Source: Mustelus asterias (Eukaryota). From it: a DNA stretch of 64,000 bases. The translations under genes were made by a program, and so were the position numbers. How positions within the stretch are numbered: the first letter of the stretch is position 1; every line of letters starts with the position of its first letter. The stretch spans positions 62,001 through 126,000 of the forward strand of contig NW_027590198.1 in the NCBI RefSeq assembly GCF_964213995.1. The letters are read 5' to 3'. Below the pieces are notes generated by a model. It ran no database searches. It was not told where the DNA came from and saw nothing but the letters and a program-made list of their open reading frames with translations. Of the stretch, positions 51,279-61,915 are shown one piece after another.

Positions 51279-51365
51279 GGGCTCGTCCACGATTTGAACC
51301 CGGGACCCCTTGCATGCTCATCAACTGAAATTCCCTAAGCGCGAATCAGACCCCTGCACCAACGA
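51279..51365 (-). pseudogene. tRNA-Pro(AGG) pseudogene with ~18-nt intron
   Basis: TCGTTGGTGCAGGGGTCTGATTCGCGCTTAGGG-[aatttcagttgatgagca]-TGCAAGGGGTCCCGGGTTCAAATCGTGGACGAGCCC. 5' end abuts a Penelope-like insertion. Confidence 0.82.
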
Positions 51366-51462
51366 AACTGATGTGGAGATGCCGGCGTTGGACTGGGGTA
51401 AGCACAGTAAGAAGTCTCACAACACCAGGTTAAAGTCCAACAGGTTTATTTGGTAGCAAATA

Positions 51463-51499
51463 CCATAAGCTTTCGGAGCACAGCTCCTTCGTCAGATGG
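51463..51499 (-). ncRNA. Minimal type I hammerhead ribozyme in Penelope-like terminal repeat
   Basis: ccat-CTGACGA-a-ggagc-tgt-gctcc-GAAA-gc-TT-atgg. Confidence 0.75.
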
Positions 51500-52102
51500 A
51501 GTGGATATCTGTTCTCAAACAGTGCACAGAAACTGCACATAAGCAAGCATTAAAATATAACTCATTTATCTTTCTCCAAAGCAGTTCTGACACCTCCAGT
51601 GAAAGACGAAATTGTTGAAAAAACTCACCGCATCAGCATTTGTGGACTTAAAGCTCCAGCGAAATATCCGCTCAATATTGTTACCTCGACTGTCTGCAGC
51701 TGGGGGCTTTTGTTTATAAAGTGCACACGTTACAGTCAATATTTTAACCCAGCAACTTCAACATGTGTCAACTCTGAGTCTGCCTTTGATATTTGATCAC
51801 TTTTGAAAGGTGTGGTCTGTCACACAGTTAACTGCTCTGGAACAATTAAAGTACAGATTGATGACCTTGTTCACTTGGGAGATCTGCGGGTTTGTGTGAA
51901 TGGAATCGGGGATCGATTGGACTGATCTGATAGTAATACGAGTAAAAATATGTCAAATTTCTCAACAGTGACAATCAGTAACCTCAGTGAGGGAAAACGC
52001 TCAGACGGGGCTGTATTGTCACGTTCACTATGGGTAAATTTTATCTGATTTTTAACCCCATGTGTTGTCCTGACAATGAATCATTGATTATCGACCTGTG
52101 CC

Positions 52103-52618
52103 AGATTTTGTATGAGGCCCGCGGGAGCCTCATTCACTGTGGCTCTCAGTGCACAGTAATACACGGCGCTGTCTGTCACCTTCAAATCTTGCATGGGCAA
52201 GTGAAAAGTGCTTTGTTTCAGGTTGAGATTCCCGCTGAAGTGTTCAAAACCTGGAGCCGTATCGGTAAATTAGCGGCTCTGAGCAGTTAATGAGGAGTTC
52301 GGTGTGTATACTGGCGATACCAGAACAGGTAATGTTGTATAGCTGTACTCGGTACCGAGTAACTGCCGGGTATTGCTGAATCTTCACCCTCTGCTGCTTC
52401 AACTCCTGGTTCTGACTGGGACACTGAGTCACCGTTACTCATGTCTGAAAATAGGGAACAGACACGCAGTGGGTTAGAAGGAGTAACAACAACGGAATAA
52501 TCCCCTCGAGATGGAAATGGGGAATGAATATGGTGACTGGCGGATTTCACGCAGAAGTTCAAAATGACAGACCTGTAATCAGGACAATAACCAGAGTGAG
52601 ACAGAGTTTCACCCCCAT
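52103..52618 (-). pseudogene. TCR V pseudogene; leader 52618-52573, exon 52444-52142, RSS 52141-52103
   Basis: Leader MGVKLCLTLVIVLIT. Exon DMSNGDSVSQ...AIPGSY (Cys to Gly)...FWYRQY...* / ...DSAVYYCALR. RSS CACAGTG-23-ACAAAATCT. Confidence 0.9.
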
Positions 52619-52889
52619 GGTTCGAGTCTGAACAGCAGGAACAGAGCGACTGATCACTGTCTGCATCAGATCTGTAATTGGAGAAGTTGAAACAGTCAGG
52701 GGGATGTTATGAGATCGAAGGTGACTCCATCTCTCCGCCCATTTTTACATCTTCAAACAGACGCCTCCTTTCGAAGGGGATCGTGATCTTTCATAAGTGA
52801 TCAGAGACCGCCCTCCCGTGGACAGCACAGCCGCATATTGGGAACAGGTACACACACGGCAACCTGCAAAGACTGACACATCTGGAGAC

Positions 52890-53125
52890 CATAGAATCAT
52901 AGAACCCCTACAGTACAGAAGGAGACCATTCGGCCCAGCGAATCTGTACCGACCACAATTCCACCGAGGCCCTATTCCCGTAACCGCACACACAATCTCC
53001 CTGACACTAGGGGTCAATTTAGCATGGCCAATCCACCTAATCCGCACATCTTTGGTCTGTTGGAGGAAACCACAGCACCCGAGGTATCCCAGCAGACATG
53101 GGAGAACAGATACACACACGGTCAC
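52890..53125 (-). mobile_element. HE1-like V-SINE (partial)
   Basis: Core and tail as at 7386-7650. Confidence 0.8.
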
Positions 53126-53377
53126 GTGGAAAGACCAACACGAATAAGGATATATAACCATATAGATATATGCCCAGGCAGTGACATCAATTCTAACGTC
53201 CCTCTTTATAACTCCAGAATTATTCTGCAGATTTCTGACAACTATTAGTTTGCGTTGCTAACCATGATAATGCATGAATACTTCCACCTCCGTGTTCACT
53301 GGAAGCCTCGGATACTGCACAGAATCAACACAGAGACAAGTAAACGAAGGGATAGATTCCCAAACCGATTGAGTCAA

Positions 53378-53585
53378 ACATAGAGTCATAGAGGTTTACA
53401 GCATGGAAACAGGCCCTTCGGCCAACTTGTCCATGCCGCCCTTTTTTTGAACCACTAAGATAATACCAATTGCCTGCATTTGGCCCATATCCCTCCCTAC
53501 CCATCGTGCCCATGTAACTGTCTAAATGCTTTTTAAAATATAAAATTGTACCCGCCTCTACTACTCCCTCTGGCAGCTTGTTCCA
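53378..53585 (-). mobile_element. CR1 3' tail
   Basis: Reverse complement of 23555-23750. Confidence 0.88.
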
Positions 53586-54784
53586 CTAGACACACGGACA
53601 ATCACTAAGAAAGATAACCAAGCACATTAGCACAGCCATTGACACACAAAATAGAAATGAACTCATTGGCAACGTTAAAAGCGTGCTAGCTCCAGAGTAA
53701 ACTTCCTGAACTGGAATTCCCTGGTGTGGTGTAAGTGCGGCAATATCGTGTTAGATATTCATTGCGATGGAACACGACATTTTAACAACAGGAGCAGCCG
53801 GAAATCTATTTCTCATCAATGGTGATCATTGATTGACGACTCGATGTGGACCCTTTTGCAGAATAAGCAATAATGGATGTATTTATTTTTACCGCCAAAC
53901 ATATCCTGATGTGTCCGTGTCCAAAATTTATTTACTCGTGTCACAACCATGCTTACATTAATACTGCAAGTTACTGTGAAAATCCCTTCTTCGCCAGATA
54001 CCGCCGCCTGTTTGTGTACACTAAGGAGGAATTTTAATTGAACCCAGGTCCCTAGCTTTGTGAAACAGCAGTGCTAACCACTGTGCCACTGTATTGCCGT
54101 ATGTGAAGTCCGTATGAGTAAGACAGATTCCCCATCCATTCTCGAGGTTCTCGGATTGGATGTTCGGGACACAGGAGGACAACACAAGAAGACTGCTTCA
54201 GGTGTAGGTGATTTATTCTCGTCGGTTATATTCCACACTCTGTGGAAGGTTGTGGTGTAAATGTTATATTAGATGTAATTCAGAAATAATGAGGAGATGC
54301 TTCATCAGATTTAAATTCGTTTTGTAAAATCGATATGAAATCAATTGCATAAATAAATATATGTTTATATTGAAAACTATATCGGGAAGCTAAATCCAAT
54401 ATTTACTGCCACTGGGTAAGGGAAAGGTTGTTAAAGCAAATTGTACATGGATTCTGCAGAAACTCCTTCTTCAAATGGGGATTTTGCAATGACTTAAGAG
54501 GGAGAAAAATCAGCTTCATGGAATAAGAGGAGGAAATTGAAATTGGAACAAAGAACAGTTCAGCACAGGAACAGGCCCATCGACCCACCAATCCCGCAAC
54601 GTCATATCAATTGTTTAGCTCCTCATAAAATAATTCGCATAGATCCGATGGATTGATGGGCCTCTCGTCGTTCTGTGCCATTGTCAACCATTTTCAATCA
54701 TTCTTAGATTAATGTGTCTACAGCATTCCCAATGAATGTTGCAACATTTCAAGACAGCGCCATTGGGCTACGGAGCAGCCAACA

Positions 54785-54857
54785 GTTTCCGCGGTGTAGT
54801 GCTGATTGCATTTGCCTCACGCACGCAAGGGCCCACGTTCGAAATCGAGCAGAAGCA
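54785..54857 (+). pseudogene. tRNA-Val(CAC) pseudogene
   Basis: GTTTCCGCGGTGTAGTG...CCTCACGC...GTTCGAAATCGAGCAGAAGCA; many mismatches. Confidence 0.75.
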
Positions 54858-56355
54858 TGAATGAAATTTGTTCATTAAGGTCGAGGGAAGTCTGTATAAT
54901 TTCAGATTGTAGCTGAACATTATCCAAAACTCGATGTTACAGCCATGTTATATTTGCGCTCACCTCTGCCTCAAAAGCTTTCAGCAAAATCAGAAATCTT
55001 GTATTTTCATGACGCGATGAGAGGAAATAGATGTTCCTATTTTAAAACCGTGCACATATTAGCAATATTTTCAGTCCACACCAGAATTTAATAGGTTTAT
55101 AAATGCAGACTAACATAATTCATCACCAACTGAAACATGTCTAATAGTATTGTGTGCTCAAAAATACAGATATAAGTGATACTGTAACTGAACGAGAGGA
55201 AATGGAACACATTTTCCCGAAGCATCTTTTTAAAATTGTTCTTCATAATAACGAAATAGGAAAAACCTCTCAGACAGAAGAGGAAATCGAGAATCAAAGC
55301 GGACCTTCTGGATCTCCTATAGATGAACGAGATTTAGGCGCCAGAATGTTTGTCACACAGAATAAAGAGGGATCAAGTATAACTAACAGATCATTCTTGA
55401 ATCTCTTCCCTTTAAAGATATTTGATTTGGTTTAAAAGCTGATCATGGTCAAACTCAAAAAAGCACCATGGGATGTGTATTACCCGTGACTCGATTTATT
55501 TTGTTGGTCAATAATGTTTGCAATTCAATGCTGTATATTTCAGACATATTCAATCCGCAATGAAGACATCTGTGTTAAATAAATGGATTGATATTAAATG
55601 TTGATTAAGTTAATCGATCGTATATAAGAATGATGCATCAGCGATTGAGCGGAAATCATTGCTCCCTTACATATTTGTCCGATGAACGCTTTTAAATTTT
55701 GAAATTCGAGACAAGTTGAGACATCACGTTGAAAGTAACGGTTATCTTCTTGCACTAAGGTACATGGACTCCCATTCCAACCATTCGAATCTGCAGCAAT
55801 AGAGCGGACTTGAACAATGCAGTCAGACCGATTGTATATTCCAGAGATATTAAATTCAGAATTTGGACATACATATTGAATAACTGTATTGATATTAAAA
55901 ATTGAATGAAGATCCAAGGTGGGTTGGGTATGCTAAATTGCCCCTTGGTTAGATTGATTAGCCATGGGAAAGGAGTAGCGTTGCGGGGGAAACGAGGGAA
56001 ATGGCCTGGTTATGATGTCCTGGCGTCGCTGCTGATTCGTTCGATCGAATACCTTTTCCGCACTGATTCTATGATTGTATGAAACAAATACTGTGTATAA
56101 TTGGTTGAAATTATTCGCAGGAAGATAAGAATGAAGCATTAATAATTGAGCACAAATCAGTGCTTCCTTAGATATTTGCCGGATGAACTCTTTTTAATTT
56201 TGAAGAACAAGATAAGTTGAGATATCAGGTTGAAAGTCAGGGATGTGCTCTTGTATTAAGTGATATGGGCCCGCAATCATACCACTCAAACCTGCAGCAA
56301 CATAGTGGAGTTAAACATTGTAGTCAGGCCCATTGAGGCCCCAATCCTATCACTT

Positions 56356-56428
56356 GTTTCTGCAGTGGAGTGGTTATCCCGTTCGCCTAAAACACAAAAA
56401 GTTCCTGGTCCGAAACAGGGAAGCAGCA
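56356..56428 (+). pseudogene. tRNA-Val pseudogene (anticodon reads AAA)
   Basis: GTTTCTGCAGTGGAGTGGTTATCCCGTTCGCCTAAAACAC... Confidence 0.75.
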
Positions 56429-57609
56429 TTCGTTAAGCTTTCTCATGGAAGATGAGGGAAATCCTGTATGATTTCAGCTCGTTGCTGAACATTATCCGAA
56501 TCTCGACATTACAACAATATTATCTTTGCTCTGACCTCAAACTCAAATGGTTTCTGCGAATAAGAAATGCTGATTTTTTCGACGCACTGACAGGAAAGAA
56601 ACGTCTCTATTTTGACAACGTGCACATAGTATCATCTTGTTCAGTGGACAACAGAATTTAATGGGTTCATAGGTGCAAACTAAAATAGCGAATCACCATC
56701 TGAAACATGTCTAATAGGAGTGTGTGCTCAACAAGACAGACACAAGTGATACTCGAAGTGAACTAGAGGAAATGGCACACATTTCCCAGAAGAATCTTTT
56801 TTTAAAAATTGTTCTTCATAACATGGAAATCGGAAAAAACACACAGACAGATGAAGAAATGGAGACTCAGTGCGGATCAACTAGACTTTCCTATAGGTGG
56901 CCGGAATTTATACGCCTGAATGTTTCACACTTATAATAAAAAAGGCTCAAGTATACCTCACCGATAATTCTTCAATCTCTTCCATTTAATTATAGTTGAC
57001 TTTGTTTAAAAGCTGATGATGGCCAATCTCAAACAAACACCATGGGATCTGTATTACCCGGTGACTCGACTCTTTTCGTTGGCCAGTTATGTTTGCAATT
57101 CAGTGATATTCAATTTCCGAGATATTCAATTCATAATGAAGTCATATGTGTTAAACAATGTATTGATATTAAATATTGAAACAAATACTGAGTACAATTG
57201 TAAAATGAGCTTTGACAAAATGTCATCTGGATTCGAAACGTCAGCTCTTTTCTCTCCTTACAGATGCTGCCAGACCTTGTGAGATTTTCCAGCATTTTCT
57301 CCTTTGGTTTCAGATTCCATCATCTGCAGTAATTTGCTTTCATTAATGAGCACAATTGGTTGAGATTATTCGAAGGAAGATGAAAATAATGCATTAATGA
57401 ATGAGTGGAATTCATTGTTGCCTTAGATATTTGACAGGCGATCGCTTTAAAATTTTGAAGTTCAAGATAAGTTGAACAATCATATTGACAGTAACGGTTA
57501 TCTTCCTGAAACAAGGGACATGGGCTCTCAGTCGAACCATTTGAAACTGCAGCAACACAGCACAGTTGAACATTGCAGAGAGGCGGATTTGCTATCATTG
57601 CTGTCACCT

Positions 57610-57682
57610 GTTTCTGTAGTGTAGTGGTTATCACATTCACCTCACACGCGAAAGGTTCCCAGTTCAAAACCGGGCAGAAACG
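57610..57682 (+). tRNA. tRNA-Val(CAC), best-preserved copy, possibly a pseudogene
   Basis: GTTTCTGTAGTGTAGTGGTTATCACATTCACCTCACACGCGAAAGGTTCCCAGTTCAAAACCGGGCAGAAACG. A/B boxes present; differences from the vertebrate consensus are mostly CpG transitions. Confidence 0.75.
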
Positions 57683-57729
57683 TTCATTAAGCTTTCTAAT
57701 TTAGGGTGAGGAAATCTGTATGATTTCAA

Positions 57730-58315
57730 TATAAAGGACAAAGAAAATTACAGCATAGCAACCAGCCCTCCACGCATGCACCGACCATGCTAGGTTGACG
57801 CTTTCCGCGCCCGCTGGGCACCGCAGTGGTTGGGGTGCATTATTGACCCCAATAATCACATTTTAATTTGATGTTTTTAAGTTTCCTTTGTACTTTGATT
57901 TCTGTTCGGGCTGTTCCCCTCCTTTTTGGGGAGCTGCCCCTTTTACTTTGTCCTGATTTAATCTGAGTTTGTTTACTTGGTTTGGTTTGACCTAAAAAGA
58001 GGGCAACATCCTGGTAAATCTTTTCTTTGCCCTCTCCAAAGCCTCCACATCCTTCTGGTAGTGTGGCGACCAAATTTAAATATTATATTCCAAGTGCGGC
58101 CTAACTAAGGTTCTATAAAGTTGCAACATGACTTGCCAATTTTTAAACTCAATGCCCCGGCCGATGAAGGCAAGCATGGGTATGCCTTCTTGACTACCTT
58201 CTCCACCTGCATTGCCACTTTCAGTGACCTGTATACCTGTACACCCAGATCCCTTTGCCTATCAATATTCTTAAGGGTTCTGCCATTTACTGTATATTTC
58301 CTATCTGTATTAGAT
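57730..58315 (-). mobile_element. Rearranged CR1 3' fragment inserted in repeat unit
   Basis: YTVNGRTLKNIDRQRDLGVQVYRSLKVAMQVEKVVKKAY. Confidence 0.8.
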
Positions 58316-59212
58316 CTTCGTTGCTGAACATTATCCGCATCTTGATATTGCAGCCATATGATCTTTGCTCTGACCTCGGCCTCAAATGATTTCTGTAAAA
58401 TAAGAATGTTGATAGCTTTTTGACGAACTGACAGGAAAGAAACCTTTCGATTTTGACACTGTGCGCATATTCGCATCACGTTCAGTCTACAACAGAATTT
58501 AAAGAGTTTATAGGTGCAGATTAACGTAGCTAATCACCATCTGGAACTTTTCGAATAGTAGTATGTGCTCCAGGGGACTGACACAAGTGATACGGTAAGT
58601 GAAGTGTAGGAAATGGCGCACATTTCCCAGAAGAATCTTTTTTTAAATCGTTCTTCAAAACAAAGAAATGGGAAAAAAAACACTCAGACAAATGAGGAAA
58701 TCGAGACTCAGTGCGGATCTACTGAACTTTCATTTAAATGGCCGGAATTTATGCGCCTGAATGTTTCACACTCAAAAAAGAAAAGACTCAAGTGTCAATA
58801 ATTCTTCAATCTCGTCTATTTAAATGTAGTTCACTTTGTTTAAATGTAGTTCGCTATGGTCAATCTCATAATTGTGATCTGTATTCCCCGGTGACTCGAT
58901 TCCTTTTGGTCAGTTATATTTACAATTCTATGATATTCAATTTCAGAGATATTCAATTCATAATGAAGACATATGTGTTAAATAATGCATTGAGACTAAA
59001 TATTGAAACAAATGCTGAGTACAATTGTACAATGAACGTTGTTGAAGTGTCATCTGGACTCGAAACGTCAGCTCCTTTCTCTTCTTACAGGAGCTGTCAG
59101 ACGTTGTGAGATTTTCCAGCATTTTTTCGTTTGGTTTCCGATTCCAGTATCCGCAGTAATTTGCTTTTATTGCTGAGTACAATTGGTTGAGATTATTCGA
59201 AGGAAGATGAGA

Positions 59213-59937
59213 ATAAAGAACAAAGAACAATACAGCACAGGAACTAGCCCAAGCCCGTGCTGCTCCCTGGTCCAAACTAGACCATTCTTTTGTATCCCTC
59301 CATTCCCACTCCGTTCATGTGGCTATCTAGATAAGTCTTAAACGTTCCCAGTGTGTCCGCCTCCACCACCTTGCCTGGCAGCGCATTCCAGGCCCCCACC
59401 ACCCTCTGTGTAAAATATGTCCTTCTGATATCTGTGTTAAACCTCCCCCCGTTCACCTTGAACCCATGACCCCTCGTGAACGTCACCACCGACCTGGGGA
59501 AAAGCTTCCCACCGTTCATCCTATCTATGCCTTTCATAATTTTATACACCTCTATTAAGTCTCCCCTCATCCTCCGTCTTTCCAGGGAGAACAACCCCAG
59601 TTTACACAATCTCTCCTCATAACTAAGCCCCTCCATACCAGACAACATCCAGGTCAACCTCCTCTGTACTCTCTCCAAAGCCTCCACGTCCTTCTGGGAG
59701 TGTGGCGACCAGAACTGGACGCAGTATTCCAAATGCGGCCGAACCAACGTTCTATACAACTGCAACATCAGACCCCAACTTTTATACTCTATGCCCCGTC
59801 CTATAAAGGCAAGCATGCCATATGCCTTCTTCACCACCTTCTCCACCTTGACGTCACCTTCAAGGATCTGTGGACTTGCACACCCAGGTCCCTCTGCGTA
59901 TCTACACCCTTTATGGTTCTGCCATTTATCGTATAGC
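59213..59937 (-). mobile_element. CR1 3' fragment inserted in repeat unit
   Basis: ORF 59277-59846 ([15 protein letters not shown]...FTQRVVGAWNALP); ttctttgttcttt tail. Confidence 0.93.
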
Positions 59938-60224
59938 TATGAATGATGCATTAATGATGCATTAATGAAAGGCCCTTTATGGTTCTGCCATTTATCGTAT
60001 AGCAATAGAATGATGCAATAATGAAAGGCTAGAAATCATTGTTCCCTTAGATATTTGCCAGAAGAACGCTTATAAACTTTGATGTTCAAGATAAGTTGAG
60101 CAATCAGATTGAAAGCAACAGTTATCTTCCTGAATTAAGAAGCATAGGCTCTCAGTCTAACCATTGGAACCTGCAGCAGTTGAACATTGCGGACAGGCCG
60201 ATTTGCTGCAGCTTGCGTCCAGAT

Positions 60225-60297
60225 GTTTCTGTCGTGCAGTGGTTATTATGTTCGTCTGACACGCGGAAAGATCCTGGTTCGAAACGAAGCAGAAACA
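60225..60297 (+). pseudogene. tRNA-Val pseudogene (anticodon reads GAC)
   Basis: GTTTCTGTCGTGCAGTGGTTATTATGTTCGTCTGACACGCG...GGTTCGAAACGAAGCAGAAACA. Confidence 0.78.
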
Positions 60298-61478
60298 TTC
60301 ATTAAGCTTTCTCATGTCGAGTGAAGGAAAATTGCATGATTTCAGTTCGTTCCTCAACATTATCTGAACCTCAATATTACAGGCATATTATTGTTGCTCT
60401 GACATCGGCCTCCAATGTTTTCTGTAAAATAAGAAATGCTGATTTTTTTTGATGCACTGACAGGAAAGTAACGTTTCGATTTTGACACCGAGCACATATT
60501 CGCATCTCGTTCAGTCTACAACAGAATTTAATGGGTATATGGGTGCAGACTAACATGGTTAATCACCGTCTGAAACATATCTAATAGTAGTGTCTGCTCC
60601 AGAAGACTGACACAAGTGATATTGTAAGTGATCTATCAGAAATGGCGTTCATTTCCCAGACGATTCTTTTTTAAAATCGTTCTTCACAACAAAGAAATAG
60701 GAAAAAAACACTCAGACTGATGAAGGAATCGGGACTCAGTGCAGATCTACTGGACTTTCCTATAAATGGCCGGAATTTATGCGCCTGAATATTTCACGCC
60801 CATAATAAAAAAGGCTCAAGTGTCACGAGCAGTTAGTTCTTGACTCACTTCCATGTAAACATAGTTGACTTTGTTTAAAAGCTGGTTATGGTCAATCTCA
60901 AAATTGCGATCTGTATTACCCGGTGATTCGATTCGTTCTGTTAGTCAGTAATGTTTGCAATTCAGTGATATTCAATTCCAGAGATATTCAATTCATAATG
61001 AAGACATATGAGTTAAATAATGCATTGATACTAAATATTGAATAATAAAACAAATACTGAGTACAATTGCTCAATGAGCTTTCACAAAATGTCATCTGGA
61101 CTCGAAAGCTCAGCCCTTTTCTCTCCTAACAGGAGCTGTCAGACATTGCGAGATTTTCCAGCATTTTCTCTTTTGGTTTCCGATTCCAGCATCCGCAGTA
61201 ATTTACTTTTATTACTGATTACAATTTGTTGAGATTATTCGAAGGAAGATGAAAATGATGCATTAATGAATGGGCAGAATCAGTGCTCACTTAGATATTT
61301 GCCAAACGAAAGCTTTGAAATTTTGATGTTCAAGATAAGTTGAGAAATCAGGTTGAAAATACCGGTTTTCTTCTTGAATTCAGTGACATGGGCTCTCAGT
61401 CTAACCATTGGAATCTGCAGCAGTGCAGCGCAGTTGGACATTGCAGGCAGGCCAATTAACTAAAATATGCTGTCAGCT

Positions 61479-61551
61479 GTTCATGTAATGTCATGGTTAT
61501 CACGTTCGCTTCACACGTGAAAGATTCCCGGATCAAAACCCGGCAGAAGCA
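61479..61551 (+). pseudogene. tRNA-Val(CAC) pseudogene
   Basis: GTTCATGTAATGTCATGGTTATCACGTTCGCTTCACACGTGAAAG... Confidence 0.75.
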
Positions 61552-61603
61552 CTTTTGGACCATTCTTATTCAGGGAGTGCGAAGCCTGCATGGTTTAACT
61601 TCC

Positions 61604-61915
61604 TAGAATCATGCAGTGAAGAGGGAGGCCATTCGGCCCATCGAGACTGCACCGAAAACAATCCCACCCAGGCCCTATCCCCATGACCCCATGTATTTAC
61701 CTACCTCGCCCCCCTGGCACTAAGGGGCAATTTAGCATGGCCTATCCACCTCGCCTGCACATCTTTGGACTGTGGGAGGAAACCAGGACCCGGGGAACAC
61801 GGGGAGAACGTGCAAACGCAACACAGACAGTGACCCAAGCCGTGAATCGAACTCAGGTGTCTGTGAGGCCGCAGTGCTAACCAATGTGCCACTGTACCGT
61901 CCCACTGTGCCACCA
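61604..61915 (-). mobile_element. HE1-like V-SINE
   Basis: Head, core and tail as at 7386-7720. Confidence 0.85.
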
